A DNA stretch of 63,507 bases, filler included, from Trichomonas gallinae (Eukaryota), in NCBI GenBank assembly GCA_008369845.1. It is 7 parts of 7 records of this genome, joined end to end, with 100 filler letters (N's around TTAATTAATTAA, not from the genome) between each part and the next. Parts side by side here need not be neighbours in the genome. Positions count along the whole stretch, not along the records: positions 54,156 to 59,974 come from MRSU01000248.1; positions 60,075 to 62,242 come from MRSU01000259.1; positions 62,343 to 63,507 come from MRSU01000283.1; 4 more parts are not named here. One strand, written 5' to 3'. Below, one piece after another: positions 54,784 to 63,507 of the stretch (the first letter of the stretch is position 1; each line of letters starts with the position of its first letter). Both the position numbers and the translations under genes were made by a program. The notes beneath the pieces are model-generated. The model saw only the letters and a list, made by a program, of their open reading frames with translations. It had not been told where the DNA came from and made no database searches.

Positions 54784-56262
54784 TTAGACATGAAATTTAG
54801 TAAATCTCTTCAGAATAGTTCTCTCAAAATCATCATCTACATAAACTTTGTTTGTAGATTGGTGCTTCAATTTTTCTGTAGCTAACCTCATGTTAACAGA
54901 TTCAGGTAAACCCAGCAACTTCTTAATCCCTCTTTTTTGATCAACCATATCAGTGATTTTCATTTGGCAGAAAATTCTTGTCGGCTTCGATGACTTTTCA
55001 TTTCCATAATAAAAAGCAATTCTGTAAGTATTATCTTTGGTTGTGGAATAGCATTCTTGGATTACATAGAACTTCTTTGAATCAACAGGTAGATATCCCT
55101 CTTCGTATTTAATATTCCCTGTTGGAGTTAATGTCAAAGCTTGAGGATTACTAGTAAAAAACAATTTTTGCCTAGCAAATCTGAGAACATCAGAAACAGA
55201 ATTAAAGTTGCAATTTTGTTGAATCATGATAAGCTTTTCAAAATCTTTTTTAATGAAAATGAATTGGGGAAGAACTAAAGGCTCGTGTGGAATTGGTACT
55301 GATTGAGACTGTTTAGGTCTAGCAACTGAAATTTCTTGAGTAGACGCAAATTTGTCGCTAATATAGGTGCTCGACTCAGATTCGAAAATTGAATTTGTGA
55401 TTTCATCTAAATGAAGGCATAAATCATTAAAATCATTGCATATAACGATAAATAAAGGAATATTCATATCAATATACTTTTCATCGATGCTTTTTGAATT
55501 TTGAAAATATTCACATTGAAAATTGGGTCCTCCATATTTATTAGCATGTATAATAATCTCATCTTTTGAACACAAACATTTTGATTTCATAACTAAATTA
55601 GATTTAAAATAAGTATAAAATGTGCAAGTAACTCTTTGTTTTGTAATATTTGAAGTGTTGGAACTAATTGATTGTGTAGCTGCTGATGCTTCTCCTCTTT
55701 GTTGTGGAATACTTTGAGTCCTGGGACTAAATGATCGTGCAGTTGCTGTTTCTCTTCTTTTCTCAGGAGAATAAATTAAAGAACATGTATTATTACTTGA
55801 GAAAAAGTCAATTGTTGATTCATAGTTGCTGTAATCAGCCTTAGAAAGGATATCATCAATGCTATTACCAAATTTCTCTCCTTTTGACGTATCAAAAATG
55901 TAATTATTGTTTGGAAGCTTGTATAAAGTGCAGAATTGATTTTTGTTGTAGTATAAATGTGGTTTATCGGTTAATTCGATGTTAAATGCCTCGAGAGTTT
56001 TACAAATCTTTTTCAATATCTCAAAAAACGATGATATAAAGTCTGTAGTTGAAGGACTATAATTTAAATACTCTTCCAAGAAATATAAATCGAGTGGATT
56101 AGTGTTACTTTTAATCTGGACGAAAATATCATTAATTAGAAACAAATTGATGAAATTTGGCAAATCTTCCTGGTTGAGTTTAGAGATAATGTCATAAATA
56201 TGACTATGTATGCCTTCACAGTAGCATAAAACCCTCAGCGCGCACTCCAAAGGCTTAGTCAT
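54784..56262 (-). CDS. Hypothetical protein
   Basis: 492-aa ATG ORF with a TAAA stop; no recognised motif. Confidence 0.75.
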   Translation of the reverse strand: MTKPLECALRVLCYCEGIHSHIYDIISKLNQEDLPNFINLFLINDIFVQIKSNTNPLDLYFLEEYLNYSPSTTDFISSFFEILKKICKTLEAFNIELTDKPHLYYNKNQFCTLYKLPNNNYIFDTSKGEKFGNSIDDILSKADYSNYESTIDFFSSNNTCSLIYSPEKRRETATARSFSPRTQSIPQQRGEASAATQSISSNTSNITKQRVTCTFYTYFKSNLVMKSKCLCSKDEIIIHANKYGGPNFQCEYFQNSKSIDEKYIDMNIPLFIVICNDFNDLCLHLDEITNSIFESESSTYISDKFASTQEISVARPKQSQSVPIPHEPLVLPQFIFIKKDFEKLIMIQQNCNFNSVSDVLRFARQKLFFTSNPQALTLTPTGNIKYEEGYLPVDSKKFYVIQECYSTTKDNTYRIAFYYGNEKSSKPTRIFCQMKITDMVDQKRGIKKLLGLPESVNMRLATEKLKHQSTNKVYVDDDFERTILKRFTKFHV

Positions 56263-56860
56263 AAAAATAAAATGCCACCACGTTTTGCACGAGAATGATA
56301 CTATGCGTATATGTGTTAAAAATCGTGTGTTAATCGTGGAATTTTGTCGTTATTAAAGTTTTTTTCTATTAAATCGAAAATATTGACTTTTAAACATTCA
56401 TATTGGATATTATAAACATTGTGGGTATATTTCTATGCATAATGGCTTATAGTACCTTTAATAATAAAGTCACTTTACCATTAACAAATTTTTTCAAAAT
56501 AATAAAGTACCATGTAAAATTTTCTAAAAATCTATCATGCAGAATCTACACATCATACTCTTTTATATTTTAGATTTTCCAATTTTTTCATTTTTTTTAA
56601 TTTAGAAAAAATATAATTGATATTATCAAATATTTTTCTTGATTTTTTCTATTTACAGAATGTTTTGAAAAAATTTAAATCATAAAATACGATCTGTTAT
56701 TGATTTTCTACCCATATCAAATGTTTTTGGTGTTTTTTTGTTAGAATTTTGCCGAAAAATATCGATTTTAAGGAAATTTTTGCTATGAAAACGTAAGTGA
56801 ATACTATAAAGCATTCTAAATTTTTAATAATTAAAGAAAAAAACGATAATCAAATTTTTG

Positions 56861-58831
56861 ATGATAAAATTTAGGCTTGAGGTGAGTGTCAACACCATTT
56901 TTCCATCTCAAGCCGGCGAGTATAAGTTTTCATCGCTGACAAACAGCGAAAAATTGCTGTTCTCACTGCAAAAAAACAACGAATTAGATTTAATTTTACT
57001 TGATCATCATCCATTCGACTACACAACAATAACAACACAAATAAATACACAAAGATTTACAAATCTATCGATATCTGAGGGCACAGAAATGATTACTTAT
57101 TATGATTTACAAGATAATTGTACAATTTTTCAATACTATAGTAAAAATTTCGATACACTTTCACTTAAAAATGTTTATAAAGTCTATCCCATATATTCAG
57201 AACCAAATATCCAATTTTATGCTTATATTCAAGATCAAGAGTTATTTAGAATCGCCGTACGCATAAAACCAAAAGGCATAGAGTTTACAAAGCAAAAATG
57301 TTTGCTGAAAGGTGTGAAATGGATTCATTTTCGCCCACAAGAAAATTTATTTTATATCGGAACAACAGACAGCTCTTTAATCTTGATGAATACGACAAAC
57401 TTGGAAATAGAATTACAAACAAAGTTAGAATTCCAACATTTCGATAAAGGTCCGATAGATGCATTTTGTATCAACCAAATTCATTTGTTACTTTACAAAA
57501 TCAACGATTTTACTTATTTTGTATTCGTCAAAGATAACAAAACAATTACAATTCCTACAACATTCGACTACAAGTATTATATTTGTTATCCTATAGGTAA
57601 TTTGATATTTTTCATCGTGCCAAACAAAATTATTACTATCATAGATACTACATGCAACCAAGAGTTTATTCATTCTTCTGACAAAAACTTAGTAAATACA
57701 ATATCAAACGAAAAATTAATGAATTTCCATTCGAAACCACGCTCTGTGTTTTCCCCTGATACACTAGAATTTTCATTGATAGATGTACAATGGGATTTGC
57801 TCAGTCATTTTTTAGAAATCGATAATGTTAATATTTGGAAGTTCGTTGCACATATTCTAACATACATATACATCATAGACAATGCAAAAATTATATTTCA
57901 AAAGGCAATTTCATTGAACAGGCCATTTTATTTTTTTGAATTTTTATCAGAATTTTTAATTTCGAACATTTACCAGGTTCTATTGAAAGATTTTAATGTG
58001 AATCTACTAGCATTTATCGCTTATAGACACAAAACCAACACTTTTCATAATATTTTACCAGATAATTCATATCGACAGATTTTGGAAGATTCAGTTAAAG
58101 ATATTGTTAAGTCAGACATTCCAATATCTGTTGACCTACTTATTGATTATGACAAAAAGTTCTGTCCGAGTGGTTTTACCACTTTGACGTTTAATCATTT
58201 ATTTCTTCAGTATATTCTCAACAATAAGCAGACACAAGCTAAGCTACCTTTTCCTTTCAACGAAATGCATTCACCGCTTTTCAATTTCATTATTCCATCA
58301 ACAGAAACGAAAAAAGCAATGAAAGACCAAAATATTATAAAGAATTTCTTGCTTACATACTTTGTCAAGCAAATATATTGCGTTGAAAACATTCCAAAAC
58401 CAGTTTTTGAAAATTCATATTTTGAAATATTAAGATCTGCTGCAATATATCAGTCTTCTAAGCTTGAGACGCTTCCATACTCTGAAAGAGAGTTCATTAC
58501 ATTCCAAAAACTTGCAAATTCATTATTTCCAAATTTCGCAAAGTTGCATTTTGCTAGAAATGGATGTCTTCAGAACATACAGACAGAATCCAAGCATGAA
58601 ATCAATCAGATTTGGATGCGTTCGCGATATACTCAAATGAATCCTGTTTTATTAGATCCAATTCCAACACCTGTTGAATGCATGTATTATATCAATATTC
58701 AAGCCGAAGATTCGGAGTTTTTCGAGCCATTAGAGCGCTGTATTAAAGTAGCAGCACATAAAGATAAGCTTTTCCCTCAGGATATCATTGAGAAGTATTC
58801 TCTAGATAATCTTGAGACTTTATACTGTTAG
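56861..58831 (+). CDS. Hypothetical protein (beta-rich N-half, helical C-half)
   Basis: 656-aa ORF from the ATG at 56861; family not recognised. Confidence 0.75.
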   Translation: MIKFRLEVSVNTIFPSQAGEYKFSSLTNSEKLLFSLQKNNELDLILLDHHPFDYTTITTQINTQRFTNLSISEGTEMITYYDLQDNCTIFQYYSKNFDTLSLKNVYKVYPIYSEPNIQFYAYIQDQELFRIAVRIKPKGIEFTKQKCLLKGVKWIHFRPQENLFYIGTTDSSLILMNTTNLEIELQTKLEFQHFDKGPIDAFCINQIHLLLYKINDFTYFVFVKDNKTITIPTTFDYKYYICYPIGNLIFFIVPNKIITIIDTTCNQEFIHSSDKNLVNTISNEKLMNFHSKPRSVFSPDTLEFSLIDVQWDLLSHFLEIDNVNIWKFVAHILTYIYIIDNAKIIFQKAISLNRPFYFFEFLSEFLISNIYQVLLKDFNVNLLAFIAYRHKTNTFHNILPDNSYRQILEDSVKDIVKSDIPISVDLLIDYDKKFCPSGFTTLTFNHLFLQYILNNKQTQAKLPFPFNEMHSPLFNFIIPSTETKKAMKDQNIIKNFLLTYFVKQIYCVENIPKPVFENSYFEILRSAAIYQSSKLETLPYSEREFITFQKLANSLFPNFAKLHFARNGCLQNIQTESKHEINQIWMRSRYTQMNPVLLDPIPTPVECMYYINIQAEDSEFFEPLERCIKVAAHKDKLFPQDIIEKYSLDNLETLYC

Positions 58832-59163
58832 ATTTTTTAACTAAATGTTAATGTTTTTGTTATAATTTTTGGAATTCATTATATTGTTAATAGCAACAAT
58901 AACAATAGATGAGTACCTTGCATTATTAAGTTTTGTTTTTGTTCAAACTCAATATTGAATGAATCCAAATTTTAATTCGTTTTAGTTTCTTGTAATGAAG
59001 AAAATCACATATATGTTTGATAAAGCTTAGCTATAATGTGGAAAATAATGTTTATTTATATAGGAAAACCTGCATAAATTATGAATATACAGGGTTTGAA
59101 CTTAAAATTAAGAAAAGAAGGATGCTATCGATGATAATAAAACAGACTAGCTGCTAAATTACA

Positions 59164-59532
59164 TCATTGCATTTTTCTTTCTTTCAAAAATTTGTTAAAT
59201 TCTCCAATGCTTAAACTATCAAACAGAATGAAATCAATTGGTTGATCGGAATCAGATGTGTCTGAAAAGTCTGAAAATTGACATATGTCTTCATCTTGAT
59301 TAGCATTAGTTTGATCGTTTTGATTTGTATTTGCTTGAGTGTCGAAGGGAGTTCGTTCGCTTTCGACACCTTTTTGATTCAATTTACGTAATTTTTCTTG
59401 AAGGCTGACAATTAATTCTTTTCGTTCACGATTCTTTGTCCATGTAGGATACCCAAGTTCATAAACTTTGAGTTCTGTTCCGACATTAAACCGGGTCAGG
59501 ATTTTAGGAGGTCTGTGATAATGCTTCGACAT
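59164..59532 (-). CDS. Small hypothetical protein
   Basis: 122-aa ATG ORF preceded by a TCATT Inr, with a basic N-half and acidic C-half. Confidence 0.65.
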   Translation of the reverse strand: MSKHYHRPPKILTRFNVGTELKVYELGYPTWTKNRERKELIVSLQEKLRKLNQKGVESERTPFDTQANTNQNDQTNANQDEDICQFSDFSDTSDSDQPIDFILFDSLSIGEFNKFLKERKMQ

Positions 59533-59731
59533 TATACAATAATGAAAAGTAACATTTTGAAAATTGAGAGATTCTTTAGAAAAAACATTTTCTGCTTGGT
59601 TATACCTTGTATCTCTGCTTGGGTGTGAAAGAGTTAAATAGTAAGAAGGTTTTTATTAATATTTCGAAGATGTTTAGTTTATTGAAGAAATATGCATCAA
59701 AAAATTGGAAATTAACAAACACAGATATATT

Positions 59732-59974
59732 TTAGAAACCATAAAGTGTCTTGCCTTGGCGCTTCAGAGCGTAAACGACATCCATAGCTGTAACTGTTTT
59801 ACGACGAGCGTGTTCTGTGTATGTGACACTGTCGCGGATGACGTTCTCAAGGAAGTGCCTCAAGACACCACGGACTTCTTCGTAGATATCTCCACTGATA
59901 CGCTTGACACCACCACGACGTGCTAAACGACGGATGGCAGGCTTTGTGATACCCTGGATGTTCTCACGCATGAC
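59732..59974 (-). CDS. H4: Histone H4, 5'-truncated by the gap
   Basis: [53 protein letters not shown]. Confidence 0.97.
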   Translation of the reverse strand, partial: VMRENIQGITKPAIRRLARRGGVKRISGDIYEEVRGVLRHFLENVIRDSVTYTEHARRKTVTAMDVVYALKRQGKTLYGF

Positions 59975-60074
59975 NNNNNNNNNNNNNNNNNNNNNNNNNN
60001 NNNNNNNNNNNNNNNNNNTTAATTAATTAANNNNNNNNNNNNNNNNNNNNNNNNNNNNNNNNNNNNNNNNNNNN
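59975..60074. other. Artificial contig linker
   Basis: N-TTAATTAATTAA-N, 100 bp. Confidence 0.97.
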
Positions 60075-60215
60075 AGATCTAAACTTCGATGAATCTAGAT
60101 TTCGAGCGAGATCAACAGAACTTGACGCCGCTTGTCTGCAGCAGAGTGTCATGAGAGCCTCTGAGACTGTGTATGCCTCAGACATTGCGCCTGAAGAAAG
60201 TTTAAACTCTTTCAT
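60075..60215 (-). CDS. Possible 5' end of a gene running into the gap
   Basis: ATG at 60215 is open to the gap with coding-like GC, and AAAAGTGAC lies about 26-34 nt upstream in gene orientation. Confidence 0.4.
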
Positions 60216-60240
60216 CTTTTTTTAGAAACTGGTAAGTTCT

Positions 60241-60501
60241 GTCACTTTTTGGATACTTTAAGCGTCAAATCTGACATATAAACCTGACACTTTTTCGTTC
60301 CGCATTTCGGTACAGAACATTTCTTCAAACTCATTAGCTCCAAAATTTAGTATTTTATTTCACATTGCAACATCAAAATCATTTGAAAAAGTAACGGATG
60401 TGGATGTACCCCCTGTCTAAAGTATCACTTTTTGTATACTTTACGTGTCAAATCCGACATGTAAATTAGTCACTTTTCATTCCGAAATTCGGTACAGAAC
60501 A
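60241..60501. repeat. Two ~79-bp imperfect direct repeats
   Basis: 60241-60319 and 60424-60501 share TCACTTTTTG.ATACTTTA..GTCAAATC.GACAT.TAAA..CACTTTT..TTCCG..TTCGGTACAGAACA. Confidence 0.85.
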
Positions 60502-60600
60502 AATTTATATATAAAACATCCTAGAAACTCTATATTTTCACTTTTACTTATTTTGAATAATCACTCATTCATAATCTTAAGGGCAATTTCACTGTCACTT

Positions 60601-61821
60601 TTACGCAACTTTTGGCTTTCCCTCGAAGTAACGCTTAAATGCTGCCTTAACTGGGTTATTGATGTTCACGTCCAATGGCTGCAAAATGCGGCTGCTATGC
60701 CCAGGAAGAACATAAACTTCAATATTAAAGACTTGCAACAAAAAAAGAACAAGAAAATATAATCTTGATGAATGTCCACCTAAAATTAATAAGAAGGACT
60801 CGTCGTGTTCATTTTCAGGCAACAACGCAGAGAGTTGTTACACCTCTGTAATGAAATATATACAATACATAAGGAAGACATACAGAGGTTGAAATGAATT
60901 GGGGTTCCTCAATTTCATCAGGAGGACTTTACATGGTGAAAAATACTTTGTAATAAGGATATATATGATAGCAAACAATATTAGGAAAAAATTTATAAAA
61001 TATTGAGAATGGCTTTGAATTTTTTGAGAACAAGGAAAAGCAGTCGATATTAATCGATTAATTTTAACTAAAGATCTATGATCTACACAATACATAGATG
61101 CATAAGAAACAACGGAAGTTGAAAAATTAACGAGATTATGAAAAAGATATTTTCGAGAGAATGGATTAAAAGCAGCAAAAGCAAACGTTTATTCTCTCGA
61201 AATCAACATAAATCAAATATTCAAAAAGTCATATGGTGTAATGTATAATTTTTTGGGAATCAAAATGCTGAAATAAATTTGTATTGCACTTATGTTACAA
61301 TGTATTCTACGAGCTAATTCGAGATTTGTAGATCTTTTTTATGTAGAGACCTACTCTTTCAGCAAATTTTGTCAAATATGACGGTCTGACATCAAAATTA
61401 TCGGAAAACTAACATTTTTCTGTCAATTTTGGACATTTACATTGATACAGTCTATTTTGGGCTTCTTTGAGCATCTCTTTTCGTAAAGTGTAGATTAATT
61501 CTAAAACTTCGATGATTTTTAAGCAGCCATGATTGTAAGATCTTTCTGTCACGTAAGTTTTGACGCTATTGACATGTAAATCGGATATAATTGGCGTACT
61601 GCTGCCAACCTTATATGGAACCCATGGAAAGCCCATTGCGGAATTATGTAGTCATCTTTTATCAATCCTAAGTAGGTTCGAGTGATCTTGTAAGAGGCGT
61701 TGTTTGCCTTTGCAGTGACAATATATTTCTGAATTGATGAGAAAAAAGCAATTTCGTAGTAGTAGAACTGAGGAGTGTGTGAATGCAGGCATTTCTTCGA
61801 AAGCCGACTTTTGTTCGTCAC
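60601..61821 (-). pseudogene. Decayed pogo/Fot1-type DDE_1 transposase
   Basis: 60601-60825 encodes FLLILGGHSSR..VLPGHSSRILQPLDVNINNPVK, the DDE_1 LLILDGHxSH..LPxHTSxxLQPLD motif with a D>G change. The broken frames at 61409-61821 are only tentatively assigned as its N-terminus. Confidence 0.7.
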
Positions 61822-62242
61822 CTAAGATGACGTCATCACTAAAAAATTGGTTGTTCAAAGAAGTGAAGAGCCAAATATCAGGACAATTTCTCAAAGTTAT
61901 AAGCAAAATTTAAAAATCTTTTTATATAATAAAAAAATTAGAGTCCGTAACAAAAGTGCAAATCTGCCACGTAAAGTTACCCTAAAAAGTGACAATCTGA
62001 CATGCGATTTTTGACATTTTAGTACGGGAAAAATGGAAAAGTGTCATTTTAATTTTTCGTGGTGTTTTTAAAAGGTGAATATAACCTTTCGGGGGAAGGT
62101 CATATTATCCATTTAATGCATCATTGAAAAACCTTCAGAGGCCGCGATTGTGCTCGATCGAACGCATCGGCACCACCAGGCCCCTTTTTGGGCCTGACTA
62201 CGGCTGTCCAGTCACTGCTTGATGCTGGACATTCATTTCCTG

Positions 62243-62342
62243 NNNNNNNNNNNNNNNNNNNNNNNNNNNNNNNNNNNNNNNNNNNNTTAATTAATTAANN
62301 NNNNNNNNNNNNNNNNNNNNNNNNNNNNNNNNNNNNNNNNNN
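62243..62342. other. Artificial contig linker
   Basis: N-TTAATTAATTAA-N, 100 bp. Confidence 0.97.
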
Positions 62343-62549
62343 CAGTGTGCATCATGTCATGTGTATAACAGTTTTGTGCATTCCGATTTGGAGATTAACG
62401 CATCCTTTGTGTTTAGCCAATGATTTGAGAGGGGAACCGAACAAATTTTGTCTGAAAAAATTGAAGATATTTGATAAAGACATAGAAATAAATTGAGAGG
62501 TGTTAATAGGTGAAGCGATCATTATCTGTCGTGAGTTCATTTTTCAGGA

Positions 62550-63467
62550 ATGAAGAACTATTCCAACACCATCTGCGAGACAATCCTCGACACAATCGGC
62601 AACACACCAATGGTCAGGATCAACAAACTCAATCCAAATCCTAAAGTCCAATTGTACGCTAAGCTCGAAGGCTTCAACCCAACCGGCTCTGTCAAAGACC
62701 GCATTGCTCTTCGTATGATCGAGCAGGCCGAGGCCGAGGGCAAGCTTAAGCCAGGTTCTACAATCATCGAGGCCACATCAGGCAACACGGGCATCGGTCT
62801 TGCCATGATCGGCCGCACTAAGGGCTACCACGTCATCGTTGTCATGTCCGAGAGCGTCAGCATCGAGCGCCGCAAGATGATCAAAGCATTCGGCGCCGAA
62901 GTCATCCTTACAGACAAGAAGTTCGGCACAGACGGTGCTATCAGGAAGGTCGCCGAACTTGTCAAGGAGAACCCAGGCAAGTACTTCAACCCTAACCAGT
63001 TCAGCAACGAGTACAACAAGCTTGCACACTACAAGACAACAGCCGAGGAGATCTGGGAGCAGACCGGCGGCAAGATCACACACTTTGTTGCTGCAGTCGG
63101 CACATCAGGCACACTCATGGGTGTTGCTAAGAACCTTCGCGAGAAGAACCCTAACATCAAGATTGTCGAAGCTCAGCCAACTAAGGGCCACTATATCCAA
63201 GGCCTTAAGTCCATGGAGGAAGCCATTGTCCCAGCAATCTACAACAGTGGTGCTATCGATGAGCACATCTTGATCGAGAGTGAGGAAGCATTTGCTAAGG
63301 CACGCGAGATTGTTGCTAACGAGGGCATCTTCATCGGCATGAGCAGTGGTGCAGCTATGATTGCAGCTCAGAAAGTTGCCGAGAAGCTTGACGAAGGCGT
63401 TATTGTTGTTTTGTTTGCAGACCGCGGCGAGAAGTACCTCTCCACAAAGCTCTTTGATACAGAATAA
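62550..63467 (+). CDS. Cysteine synthase, bacterial CysM-like PLP enzyme
   Basis: IGNTPMV, KLEGFNPTGSVKDR, EATSGNTG, GTSGT, GMSSGA and DRGEKYLS. Inr TCATTT at 62537, TAAA stop and strong C-ending codon bias. Confidence 0.95.
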   Translation: MKNYSNTICETILDTIGNTPMVRINKLNPNPKVQLYAKLEGFNPTGSVKDRIALRMIEQAEAEGKLKPGSTIIEATSGNTGIGLAMIGRTKGYHVIVVMSESVSIERRKMIKAFGAEVILTDKKFGTDGAIRKVAELVKENPGKYFNPNQFSNEYNKLAHYKTTAEEIWEQTGGKITHFVAAVGTSGTLMGVAKNLREKNPNIKIVEAQPTKGHYIQGLKSMEEAIVPAIYNSGAIDEHILIESEEAFAKAREIVANEGIFIGMSSGAAMIAAQKVAEKLDEGVIVVLFADRGEKYLSTKLFDTE

Positions 63468-63507
63468 ACTACTTTCTCAAACTATTCTGAAAATTTCATA
63501 TTTTATT

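Noticed and set aside
59732..59745. Histone H4 ending GF instead of GFGG
   Set aside because: Minor C-terminal variation seen in protist H4s; the TAAA stop is normal.
61976..61985. ACCCTAA as a possible telomerase template
   Set aside because: Only 7 nt, lies among promoter-like motifs, and has no supporting structure.
20689..62342. TTAATTAATTAA repeated six times inside N runs
   Set aside because: Identical 100-bp artificial linkers, not biological. Gene neighbourhoods across them cannot be interpreted.
78..63273. Many antisense or alternate-frame ORFs in the track (e.g. 78-413, 18652-19185, 26345-26869, 36624-37040, 46548-46994, 62935-63273)
   Set aside because: They are shadows of well-supported genes with biased codon usage and carry no motifs.

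Overview
AT-rich, gene-dense eukaryotic DNA with the hallmarks of a Trichomonas-type parabasalid: TCAYT initiators just upstream of ATGs, TAAA stop/poly(A) signals, GTAYGT...ACTAACACACAG introns, Myb and IBD transcription factors, expanded ankyrin, F5/8C and Gly-rich families, and a bacterial-type cysteine synthase. The window is seven contigs joined by six identical 100-bp N-TTAATTAATTAA-N linkers, so adjacency across gaps is not evidence of linkage. About 35 protein genes are supported. Two (a Yak1/DYRK kinase and poly(A) polymerase) are split by spliceosomal introns that the ORF track misses. There is also a tRNA-Asp(GTC), a partial histone H4, a decayed pogo-type DDE transposase, and two copies of a TTAA-flanked (Kolobok-like) element end. 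The most interesting unexplained signals are non-coding. They are an orientation-biased TGYCATGTAAW element about 30-70 bp upstream of many ATGs, a shared hairpin-GCTGYTTTTTT-branch layout in both introns, a 24-bp periodic two-box array filling a bidirectional promoter, a transposon end abutting a Myb initiator, and a GC-rich multi-hairpin ncRNA candidate. All calls come from reading the sequence by eye; no searches were run.
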